Positions 24,965 through 32,000 of a DNA stretch of 32,000 nt are shown in pieces (the first letter of the stretch is position 1; every line of letters starts with the position of its first letter). The notes below the pieces were generated by a model, which searched no databases, was not told the origin of the DNA, and was given only the letters and a program-made list of their open reading frames with translations. Location of the stretch: NCBI GenBank assembly GCA_963699255.1, contig OY969425.1:750001-782000 (forward strand), read 5' to 3'. This stretch comes from an uncultured bacterium. GTDB taxonomy: Bacteria > Margulisbacteria > WOR-1 > CAVSGV01. The translations under genes and the position numbers were made by a program.

Positions 24965-25254
24965 GGGAAATGGATTACGGCAGATTCATAGGGATATTAA
25001 AGAGCTTTTCGGCCGACACGGCATCCCAGCAGAGGGTGTGGAATAATATTAACCGAACTCTCGAGGGAAAAAGGAACAGCATATTCTATCTGGCGGACAT
25101 GTGGCCCAGATTGCTGGTCACGGCTGCCGCCCTCACGGCGATATTCGTTATTTATTTTGTCAATTATGAAAAACAGCTTGAGGCGCGCAATTTTGTCCAG
25201 CGCGTCAATTCCACTGAATATATTTACGAAACCTGCAAGTATGATGGGATGTGA
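24961..25254 (+). CDS. Putative anti-sigma factor (single-pass membrane protein)
   Basis: It overlaps the sigma gene's stop. It has a short cytoplasmic N-terminus and one TM segment (LLVTAAALTAIFVIYFV). The call rests on position and topology only, with no recognisable zinc-binding motif. The start is GTG 24961 or ATG 24970. Confidence 0.5.
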   Translation: MREMDYGRFIGILKSFSADTASQQRVWNNINRTLEGKRNSIFYLADMWPRLLVTAAALTAIFVIYFVNYEKQLEARNFVQRVNSTEYIYETCKYDGM

Positions 25255-25306
25255 AACTAAATCGTTATTCCATGTGTATAAAGGGCGTAATGCAGAAGGA
25301 GGAAAG

Positions 25307-25807
25307 ATGATGAAAAGATCGATCTATACCGTAGCAATGCTGGCATTAATGCTGTTTCTCTCCTGTGCGGCGGCAAATGCCGCAGAGCGGATACCCGCAG
25401 GCATATTCAAAGACCTGAACCTTTCTACCGATCAGGAAAAGCAGATGCGTGCCCTTTTTGAACGCCAAAGAGATGATGAAAAGAAAAATTTCGAAAAGAT
25501 CCGGGGACTTCAGGAAAAGCTGGAAAAGGAATTTTTAAAGGATCATCCTGATGAATCCAATATCAGGTCCACCGCGAACAACATCAAGATCATCCAGACG
25601 AAACTGCTTGACGAACATTTCGATCATCTGTTAGCATTAAGAAAGGTTCTCACCCAGGAACAATTCAAAAAATTCATTGAAAAGGGCAAGAAAATGAGAG
25701 AAAAAAAAGGTGGGGGCTTTAAGGGCTTCTGGCAGACTCATCATTCAACCGGCGAAGTGTTAACCCCTGCTATCCCGTCCGGTAAGTGTGCGAGTTCGAA
25801 AGTATAA
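25307..25807 (+). CDS. Periplasmic Spy/CpxP-like LTxxQ-motif protein
   Basis: GGAGG Shine-Dalgarno, then ATG at 25307. Signal peptide MMKRSIYTVAMLALMLFLSCAAANA. LSTDQ and LTQEQ (LTxxQ-type) motifs sit in a K/E-rich helical protein. The track's upstream extension to 25157 overlaps the anti-sigma gene and is unlikely. Confidence 0.7.
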   Translation: MMKRSIYTVAMLALMLFLSCAAANAAERIPAGIFKDLNLSTDQEKQMRALFERQRDDEKKNFEKIRGLQEKLEKEFLKDHPDESNIRSTANNIKIIQTKLLDEHFDHLLALRKVLTQEQFKKFIEKGKKMREKKGGGFKGFWQTHHSTGEVLTPAIPSGKCASSKV

Positions 25808-25826
25808 GCTGAACAGGAGGTAGAAC

Positions 25827-26372
25827 ATGAAAAGCAAATTATGGCTGGTTCTGGGAATATGCTCATTGCTTTTTATAGTGGATGCCGAAAATGCGTTCGC
25901 ATGGGGATGGGCCAGAACGCTTCCCGCGCATCATACTGTGGTCACGTTAAGAGGTGCTAGATACCATTATTATCACGGGAGATTCTACAGGCCCGGCCCA
26001 TTCGGATTTTTTATGGTAATGCCTCCCATAGGAGCCATTGTGACCGTGCTTCCCGACGGTTACAGCACCGTCATCGTCGGCGGCATTTCATATTATTCTT
26101 ATGATAGCGTGTACTACACGGAGTGCCCCACCGGTTATGTTGTTGTTCCGGCGCCTTCGAACGTGACCGTCACGCAGTCCTCTCCCGCAACCGTCACAAC
26201 AGCAACGACAACCCCTCCGGGAAAGTCGATAACTTTAAATGTGCCCAATTCGAGCGGATATTTCACACCTGTAAAGCTGGTGAAATATAAGAACGGCTAC
26301 CTCGGCCCGCAGGGAGAGTATTATCCGGGCAATCCGACCGTTGACCAGTTAAGCGTCCTGTACGGAAAATAA
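25827..26372 (+). CDS. Secreted Tyr-rich protein of unknown function
   Basis: Signal peptide MKSKLWLVLGICSLLFIVDAENAFA. Duplicated motif GARYHYYHGRFYRP..GF / GGISYYSYDSVYYTE..GY, each followed by V-V-P. AGGAGG Shine-Dalgarno upstream. Confidence 0.7.
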   Translation: MKSKLWLVLGICSLLFIVDAENAFAWGWARTLPAHHTVVTLRGARYHYYHGRFYRPGPFGFFMVMPPIGAIVTVLPDGYSTVIVGGISYYSYDSVYYTECPTGYVVVPAPSNVTVTQSSPATVTTATTTPPGKSITLNVPNSSGYFTPVKLVKYKNGYLGPQGEYYPGNPTVDQLSVLYGK

Positions 26373-26437
26373 GCGGATATCGAACCAATACGCTTTATTC
26401 AAGGGCTGTATTTTAGCTTGCACCGAGAGCATTCAAT

Positions 26438-27082
26438 ATGACGACAATAAAGATCAATCCATCCCAACCTGACACAAAAGCCATCAATAATGCCGTAAAA
26501 ATACTCAGGTTCGGCGGGATCGTCGCGTTCCCGACGGACACCGTCTACGGCATCGCCGCGATGCCCTTCATTAAAAAAGCTGTTTCAAAACTATACAAAA
26601 TAAAAGGCCGCTCGGACAAAAAGCCGATAGCTTTACTGGTAAGTTCAAAAAAACAGGTGAAAAAGTTCGCCGGATCAATACCGGCCAAAGCCGCGCAGCT
26701 GATGAAAAAGCATTGGCCGGGCCCGCTCACTCTGATATTCAAAAAGAGAAGGTCCGTACCGGACTTCCTGACCTCCGGACTTAAGACTATCGGCATAAGG
26801 ATGCCAAATAACAAGATCGCTTTAAAACTGATCAAAAAAGCCGGCGGCGCGCTGGCCGTGACTTCCGCGAACAGATCCGGGAATAGACCGGCAGTTACCG
26901 CGGATCAGATGAAGGGATTGAAAGGTGTCGATCTTGTCTTTGACGGAGGCAAATGCAAGATAGGAATCCCTTCTTCGGTCATTGCTGTCGTTTGCGGAAA
27001 GCCGCGGGTATTAAGAAAAGGCCCGACCTCACCTCTGACCCCTCTCCATAGTAAGGAGAGGGGAGCTATACGACCAAAGTAA
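26438..27082 (+). CDS. tsaC: L-threonylcarbamoyladenylate synthase TsaC/YrdC family, with an atypical roughly 18-aa C-terminal tail
   Basis: AVKILRFGGIVAFPTDTVYGIAA, HWPGPLTLIF, GIRMPNN and SANRSG motifs. 214 aa. Confidence 0.88.
   Translation: MTTIKINPSQPDTKAINNAVKILRFGGIVAFPTDTVYGIAAMPFIKKAVSKLYKIKGRSDKKPIALLVSSKKQVKKFAGSIPAKAAQLMKKHWPGPLTLIFKKRRSVPDFLTSGLKTIGIRMPNNKIALKLIKKAGGALAVTSANRSGNRPAVTADQMKGLKGVDLVFDGGKCKIGIPSSVIAVVCGKPRVLRKGPTSPLTPLHSKERGAIRPK
27039..27063. repeat. GC-rich hairpin inside the 3' end of the tsaC ORF
   Basis: cccctctcc-atagtaa-ggagagggg has a 9-bp perfect stem. It is translated as part of the tail ..SPLTPLHSKERGAIRPK. Confidence 0.75.
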
Positions 27083-27124
27083 GTAGCTTATGAGCCCAAA
27101 AAACTTAAGGGTGAGGTGAAAAGA

Positions 27125-27141
27125 GCGGAGTTTACCTCCGC
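27125..27141 (-). terminator. Candidate intrinsic terminator downstream of the minus-strand OMP gene
   Basis: The minus-strand RNA reads GCGGAG-GUAAA-CUCCGC followed by UCUUUUC. The stem is only 6 bp. Confidence 0.4.
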
Positions 27142-27153
27142 GGGCAATGTTTA

Positions 27154-28275
27154 TTAGAAATTGTACGCCAACTTGAAATAATAAGTCTCATAAGGCTTTG
27201 TAAGCTGGTCGGTCAAATTCAAGTCCTCGCCCGCGAGGGTTTTTTTGTAATTCAATGAAGCGTAAGCGCCGTTCCCCATATTATATTCTATCGCCCCACC
27301 TACAAGACTGGCGTCCTTACCTTGTATCGCCCTGTAATCAAGGAATGACAGTTCCTTTACAAATCCGGTGATGTTCAATCTGTCAAAGGGCGTGATAAGG
27401 AAGCTGCCCGAATTCGCGCTCCCGCCGTCCGTATAATTCTCATTTGCATAAGTTAGATCGATCAATCCAAGAATCCCCGTATCCAGCGACACAACGGTCC
27501 CGTATCTGCGCCCGCCTTCCGCTTCAAGGGAAGTAAAATCAACGGGATCCAGGTCATAGCCCGATGTGAAATACCCCGGAATGAACCGGTCATTGAACGA
27601 AGCGCCGGCCAGCGTGATCTTTGAAAAGGCAAATATCAGGTCATAATCAAGGGACACTCCCGCGAGACTGCCCTCTCCCCCGTTGGAAGTGCTGGCCTCC
27701 TCCGCGAACAAACCGAGCTCATCCGTCAGCGGCAGCACAACGTAAGCGCCGCAGGCACACCTTCCGTATCCTTCCCTGCTGACCATGCCGGCGTCGCTTA
27801 AATATTCAAGGCCGAAATTCATATTGAAAAAGCTGAGGTCTTTCAAGCTTATCCCGTAGAGATGAGAATACGTCCCCACTCCTTCAATAACAAAATCACC
27901 AAAGTCATAATCAACCTTGAGCCCGCACTGCTCGTTGGTCATAAAAGCCGGCTGATAGTATGTTGTGCTAAGATCGTTCATAAGAATACCGTAACCGAAG
28001 CTCAGGTTCTCTATCGGGGCATAACTTATCCCCAGCTTTCCGTCATCATATTCTAGATATTTGATGACCGCCGATTCGAGGCCGTAATTCCGGCCGGACA
28101 AATTCGCGTTAAGCGATATCCCGCAAGAAATATCTGAAATGGAAAAATCATCGCTCAGCGATAAAGTCCCCGACGCGATATTTGAGTCGGAAAAATATCC
28201 GGGTTCTATGCTGACGGCTTCAGCAAAACAATTCAGCAGCAGCACGCTGATGATCAATAAGAACGATCTTTTCAT
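27154..28275 (-). CDS. Uncharacterised outer-membrane beta-barrel-like protein
   Basis: Signal peptide MKRSFLLIISVLLLNCFAEA from ATG 28275. Alternating hydrophobic, G/Y/S/D-rich beta-strand-like pattern. The C-terminal YYFKLAYNF ends in an aromatic residue, an OMP beta-signal style. ATGA overlap with the upstream chaperone gene's stop. Confidence 0.65.
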   Translation of the reverse strand: MKRSFLLIISVLLLNCFAEAVSIEPGYFSDSNIASGTLSLSDDFSISDISCGISLNANLSGRNYGLESAVIKYLEYDDGKLGISYAPIENLSFGYGILMNDLSTTYYQPAFMTNEQCGLKVDYDFGDFVIEGVGTYSHLYGISLKDLSFFNMNFGLEYLSDAGMVSREGYGRCACGAYVVLPLTDELGLFAEEASTSNGGEGSLAGVSLDYDLIFAFSKITLAGASFNDRFIPGYFTSGYDLDPVDFTSLEAEGGRRYGTVVSLDTGILGLIDLTYANENYTDGGSANSGSFLITPFDRLNITGFVKELSFLDYRAIQGKDASLVGGAIEYNMGNGAYASLNYKKTLAGEDLNLTDQLTKPYETYYFKLAYNF

Positions 28276-30413
28276 AAGTTGACCTGGATCTGCGCCTTCT
28301 CCCTTTCTTTTTTCAGCCAATCATCGGCGTATTCCGATCTCTTTTCCTTCAATACCTGTGTTCTTATCACCGGGCTTTCGTCCGTGTACCCTGGAAGCTG
28401 GATGCCGCGCTCAATGACCTGAACGACATAATACTTCCCCATGCTTTTTATGATCCCCGTTTGGCCGGCATCAAGCATGAAGCACTGTTCGATGAAAGGC
28501 CTCATATATTCGCTTTCTATGACATAATCGTTCCTTGAAAAAGGGGCCGTCTCCCGTGCCGCTTCCACTGTTATCGCGCCGGACCCAAGAAGCTCGCGAG
28601 CCTTTTCATCTGCCAGCTTGTCCGCCCGTGCCATCGCTACCATAGCGGCAACTTCATCGGAGATCTGGCCGAAACCGGGAATGTAAGAAGGTTCTGCGGT
28701 TGCCACAACGGTGACATAATAGCTGTCACTTTTTTTGATCACGGTCCCGATATCGCCCGGACTTTCAAGTGTAGACGACGCTTCCACAGTGGTTATGTGA
28801 ACGCTCATCCTTTTCTCCAGCTCTTTCAGGGAAACTCCCCCCGAGATCAGGTCGAGCGCGTGTCTGGCCGCGGATTCAGCGTAGACAGACGAATCTTCGT
28901 CCATGATATTTTTTTCTATGACCGCGGAAACTTCGGAGCTGGGTAAATATTCCTGGGGCTTAACGTCAATAACTTCCAGCACGGCATATCCTTCGTCATA
29001 TTCTATTTCATTGCTGATCTCCCCCGCGCTCATGTCAAGCGCCGTGCTCGTGAACAAAAGATCCCTGCCGATCATCGGGATCCTGTCGGATGACTTGAAA
29101 TATTCCGTCTCAAAAGGCGTGAGCCCCTTTTCCCCCGCGGCCTTTTCGAACCCGACCTTCTTTGCTTCTATCTTGAACCGTTTCGCGTCAGTAAGGGCGA
29201 TAGGTTTCGCGGCTTCATTAAGAAGCTGCTCCTCGATCGTATCCCTGACCTCTTCAAAAGACGGAACACGCTGTTCCGTTTTATCTTCTATTGAAAAAAC
29301 ACAGTATCCGTTATCGGTTTCGATGATGTCGCTTACCTGCCCGCCGCGCAGACCGAAAGCTATACTGTTAAAAGGCTCCTTTAATATTCCCTCTTTGATA
29401 TAGCCAAGGTCGCCGCCGCTGCCGGCGGATGATACGTCGTCAGAATATTTTTGTGCCAGCTCCGCGAATGGGATCCCCTGTTTTAATCCGCCCTGAAGGC
29501 CCTGCAGCCTGCTCATGTCACACGGCTTTTTCAGATATATGAACCTGATCCTAGCCTCGGCCGGTTCAACGAATTTATCAAGGTTCTCCTCATAATACTT
29601 TTCTGAATTCACCCCGAGGTCATAGACCTGGTTCAAGTAATCTTTTGTCCTGAAAAGGACATATTTGACCCTGGCAAGTTTATCGCTCCTGAAATCGTTC
29701 CTGTGTTGATCGTAATAGTCCGCCTGCATTTGAGGGGTTATGCTCACCATACCGTTATACTCGTAAGGATCGAAATAAAGCACCGCATATTCTTTCAGAG
29801 CCGGGCGCCTGAATTGCTCGCTATGGTCCTTATAGTATGTGTTTATTTCATCCTCCGATATTTCCATGCTATTCGCCATGGCAACAGGATCTATTTTAAT
29901 GTATTTAGCCCTCATCTTCTCCGCCCTCTTCCCGATCTCGTCAAGAACATCCCTGTCGCTTATGGAGACATCTTCCTTGATCGCTGCGATCACCTTTGGC
30001 GGAATGATCTGCCTCGCCTTGTAAGACAATATCACTTTCTCGGCCCTGTCCCGGGAGCTGCTGTCTTCCTGCGAAACCGCTGGGCCTGACATCAAAAGCT
30101 CCTCTATTTCTTCTTCACCGGCGAACATCTTTGCGGTGATCCCGCGCCTTTTTGCTTCCTGAAGATAAAGCTGCCTGTTTATAAGATCACCGATAAGCTC
30201 TTTCTTCATTTTTTCGCGGACGGACCCATCGATATTCTCACCGAAATATCTCTTATAGGAATCCTCATATCTTGCCAGGGAATACTCATACTCGTCCTTG
30301 TAGATGTTGTCGCCGTTAACAACGATGGCGATCTCCGGCTCGGCAACGCACGGGAAGAACAATAAGAGGAAAAACAGCAGGATAACCGATGATCTTTTAA
30401 TGTCGCATCTCAC
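28272..30413 (-). CDS. PpiD/SurA-like periplasmic chaperone with parvulin PPIase domain (GTG start)
   Basis: N-terminal hydrophobic anchor/signal SSVILLFFLLLFFPCVA, a SurA-N-like region (VVNGDNIYKDEYEYSL), and the parvulin motif GGDLGYIKEGILKEPFNSIAFGLRGGQVSDIIETDNGYCVFSI. 713 aa. Confidence 0.82.
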   Translation of the reverse strand: MRCDIKRSSVILLFFLLLFFPCVAEPEIAIVVNGDNIYKDEYEYSLARYEDSYKRYFGENIDGSVREKMKKELIGDLINRQLYLQEAKRRGITAKMFAGEEEIEELLMSGPAVSQEDSSSRDRAEKVILSYKARQIIPPKVIAAIKEDVSISDRDVLDEIGKRAEKMRAKYIKIDPVAMANSMEISEDEINTYYKDHSEQFRRPALKEYAVLYFDPYEYNGMVSITPQMQADYYDQHRNDFRSDKLARVKYVLFRTKDYLNQVYDLGVNSEKYYEENLDKFVEPAEARIRFIYLKKPCDMSRLQGLQGGLKQGIPFAELAQKYSDDVSSAGSGGDLGYIKEGILKEPFNSIAFGLRGGQVSDIIETDNGYCVFSIEDKTEQRVPSFEEVRDTIEEQLLNEAAKPIALTDAKRFKIEAKKVGFEKAAGEKGLTPFETEYFKSSDRIPMIGRDLLFTSTALDMSAGEISNEIEYDEGYAVLEVIDVKPQEYLPSSEVSAVIEKNIMDEDSSVYAESAARHALDLISGGVSLKELEKRMSVHITTVEASSTLESPGDIGTVIKKSDSYYVTVVATAEPSYIPGFGQISDEVAAMVAMARADKLADEKARELLGSGAITVEAARETAPFSRNDYVIESEYMRPFIEQCFMLDAGQTGIIKSMGKYYVVQVIERGIQLPGYTDESPVIRTQVLKEKRSEYADDWLKKEREKAQIQVNL

Positions 30414-30432
30414 AACTCACATCTCTATTCTC
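30405..30432. repeat. Four tandem NNRTCTC-type heptamers covering the start codon of the PpiD-like gene
   Basis: gcatctc acaactc acatctc tattctc. It shares the 9-mers gcatctcac and tcacatctc with 6873-6890. The GTG start (30413-30411) lies inside the tract. Confidence 0.75.
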
Positions 30433-30436
30433 GGCA

Positions 30437-31996
30437 TCAATGCCTGAAGTGTCTTTTCCCTGTGAACACCAGCGCGATATTATGCTCGTTCGCGGCGGCG
30501 ATCACTTCCGCATCCCTGATCGAGCCTCCCGTCTCAATTATCGCGGAAATGCCGGCTTTTGATGCCATGTCGATAGAATCCCTGAACGGAAAGAACGCAT
30601 CTGAAGCGAGAACTGCGTTCTTTGCAAGCGTCCCGGCATTTTTAAGCGCTATTTCCACGGACTGCACTCTGTTCATCTGTCCAGCCCCAACACCAAGGGT
30701 TTCCTTGCCTTTCGCCACAACTATCGCGTTGGATTTCACAAATTTCACGACGCCCCAAGCGAAGAAAAGATCCTCGAGTTCCGCCACGGAAGGCTGCTTC
30801 TTTGAAACGACCTTTATGTCCGACAGGTTCAGCTCGAGCATATCGGTATCCTGAACGAGGAATCCCCCGCGGACCCTTTTGTAATCGAACCCTTTCCACA
30901 CGCTGGTCAGCGAGCCCTTCCCCATTTCGAGAAGCCTTATATTCTCCCTTTTTTTAAGGATCTTTAGGGCCCCTTTATCGAATTCCGGCGCCGCTATCGC
31001 CTCGACAAAATGGCCCCCAAGCGCCTTGGCCATTTCCTCATCAACGGTCCTGTTAGCGGCAATGACACCGCCGTAAGCTGAAACAGGATCGGATGCAAAA
31101 GCTTTTTTATACGCGTGCACGATCTTTTCGGCCTGGCCAACGCCGCAGGGGTTGGTATGTTTAACTATGACAACGGTCGGAACAGCGAAATATTTTACAA
31201 TGGCCCACGCTGAATCAATATCATATATGTTATTGAAAGAGAGTTCCTTGCCGTGAAGCTGCTTCATCTGCGTGGTATCTCCAGTAACGCCAAGTTCCCT
31301 GTAAAAAGCCGCCTTCTGATGGGGATTTTCGCCGTAACGAAGGTCCTGCGCCTTCTCAAGGAATATGTCGATCTCGCCGGGCATCCCGGGTTTTGCTTCA
31401 TGCTTTACCCTGCCCTTAAAATAAAGTGATATGCGCGAGTCATACTTTTTCGTGTGCGAGAATGCTTTGCTGGCAAGAAGCTCTTTGGTCTGGAACGAGA
31501 GCTTGCCGCCCTTTTTCCTCAGCTCTTTCAATATCATGTCATAATCGGCCGGGTCTACGATGATCGCGACATCCTTGTAGTTCTTTGCCGCGGCCCTGAC
31601 CATACTGGGCCCTCCTATGTCGATATTTTCGATCGCTTCTTCGTGGGAGAATTTCGGCTTGGAGACCACCTGTTCAAAAGGATACAGATTGCAAACAACG
31701 ATATCTATCGGCCTTATTTTGAACATTTTCAGGTCTTTCAGGTGGTTCTTTTTGCTCCTATCGGCAAGAATGCCGCCAAAGATGGCGGGGTGAAGGCTTT
31801 TTACCCTGCCATCGAGCATTTTCGGATATCCAGTCAGTTCCGGCACTTCGATGACCTTTATCTTGCCTTTCCTTAAGTGTTCTGCCGTCCCTCCCGTGGA
31901 TACGATGTCATATTTCAGCTTCTTCAATCCCTTCGCGAACGGGATCAAATTCGTCTTGTCCGAAACAGATATCAAAGCTAATTTATTGTTTTTCAA
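30437..31996 (-). CDS. purH: Bifunctional AICAR transformylase / IMP cyclohydrolase PurH
   Basis: N-terminal MGS-like ALISVSDKTNLIPFAKGL..STGGTA, then VVCNLYPF, and C-terminal GAGQMNRV and FFPFRD..IIETGGSIRD. 519 aa. Confidence 0.97.
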   Translation of the reverse strand: MKNNKLALISVSDKTNLIPFAKGLKKLKYDIVSTGGTAEHLRKGKIKVIEVPELTGYPKMLDGRVKSLHPAIFGGILADRSKKNHLKDLKMFKIRPIDIVVCNLYPFEQVVSKPKFSHEEAIENIDIGGPSMVRAAAKNYKDVAIIVDPADYDMILKELRKKGGKLSFQTKELLASKAFSHTKKYDSRISLYFKGRVKHEAKPGMPGEIDIFLEKAQDLRYGENPHQKAAFYRELGVTGDTTQMKQLHGKELSFNNIYDIDSAWAIVKYFAVPTVVIVKHTNPCGVGQAEKIVHAYKKAFASDPVSAYGGVIAANRTVDEEMAKALGGHFVEAIAAPEFDKGALKILKKRENIRLLEMGKGSLTSVWKGFDYKRVRGGFLVQDTDMLELNLSDIKVVSKKQPSVAELEDLFFAWGVVKFVKSNAIVVAKGKETLGVGAGQMNRVQSVEIALKNAGTLAKNAVLASDAFFPFRDSIDMASKAGISAIIETGGSIRDAEVIAAANEHNIALVFTGKRHFRH

Positions 31997-32000
31997 TTTT

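Noticed and set aside
25157-25306. The upstream extension of the CpxP-like ORF to 25157. Similar N-terminal extensions occur for the OMP (to 28320), tolC (to 24171) and macA (to 22909).
   Set aside because: The extensions overlap neighbouring genes or lack a Shine-Dalgarno. Internal ATGs give canonical signal peptides and, for the OMP and macA, exact ATGA coupling with the upstream stop.

Overview
The window looks like a chromosomal segment from a diderm (outer-membrane-bearing) bacterium, roughly half G+C by eye. It is mostly housekeeping. The largest gene is missing from the supplied ORF track. The minus-strand frame is open from an ATG at 5318 to the window edge (more than 1,772 codons, no stop in window). 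It encodes a giant secreted protein built from at least four tandem, complete parallel beta-helix modules. Next comes a Bacillus-style heat-shock operon on the plus strand: sigma70 promoter, perfect CIRCE, then hrcA-grpE-dnaK-dnaJ-rsmE-mtaB. It runs straight into an A/T-rich sbcD/sbcC (Mre11/Rad50-type) pair, and sbcD is split over three reading frames. A minus-strand block follows: tadA, tRNA-Ser(GGA), a pseudouridine synthase, tRNA-Ser(CGA), phosphoglucomutase/phosphomannomutase, pyrR and a small membrane protein. The remainder is rnhA followed by RNase P RNA, a tolC-macA-macB efflux operon, a divergent ECF sigma / anti-sigma / CpxP-like / Tyr-rich secreted protein cluster, tsaC, a PpiD-like chaperone translationally coupled to an uncharacterised beta-barrel OMP, and purH. 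I found no CRISPR array, transposase, integrase or recognisable defence or toxin cassette. The unexplained structure is at small scale. It includes heptamer-periodic NNRTCTC/GAGAYNN tracts at several gene boundaries and a dispersed CT-rich element present both in an intergenic spacer and in-frame inside mtaB. It also includes paired GC-rich hairpins, one pair inside mtaB coding sequence and one pair intergenic, and a long alternative-pairing hairpin between grpE and dnaK. All calls come from reading the sequence by eye. No searches or computations were run.
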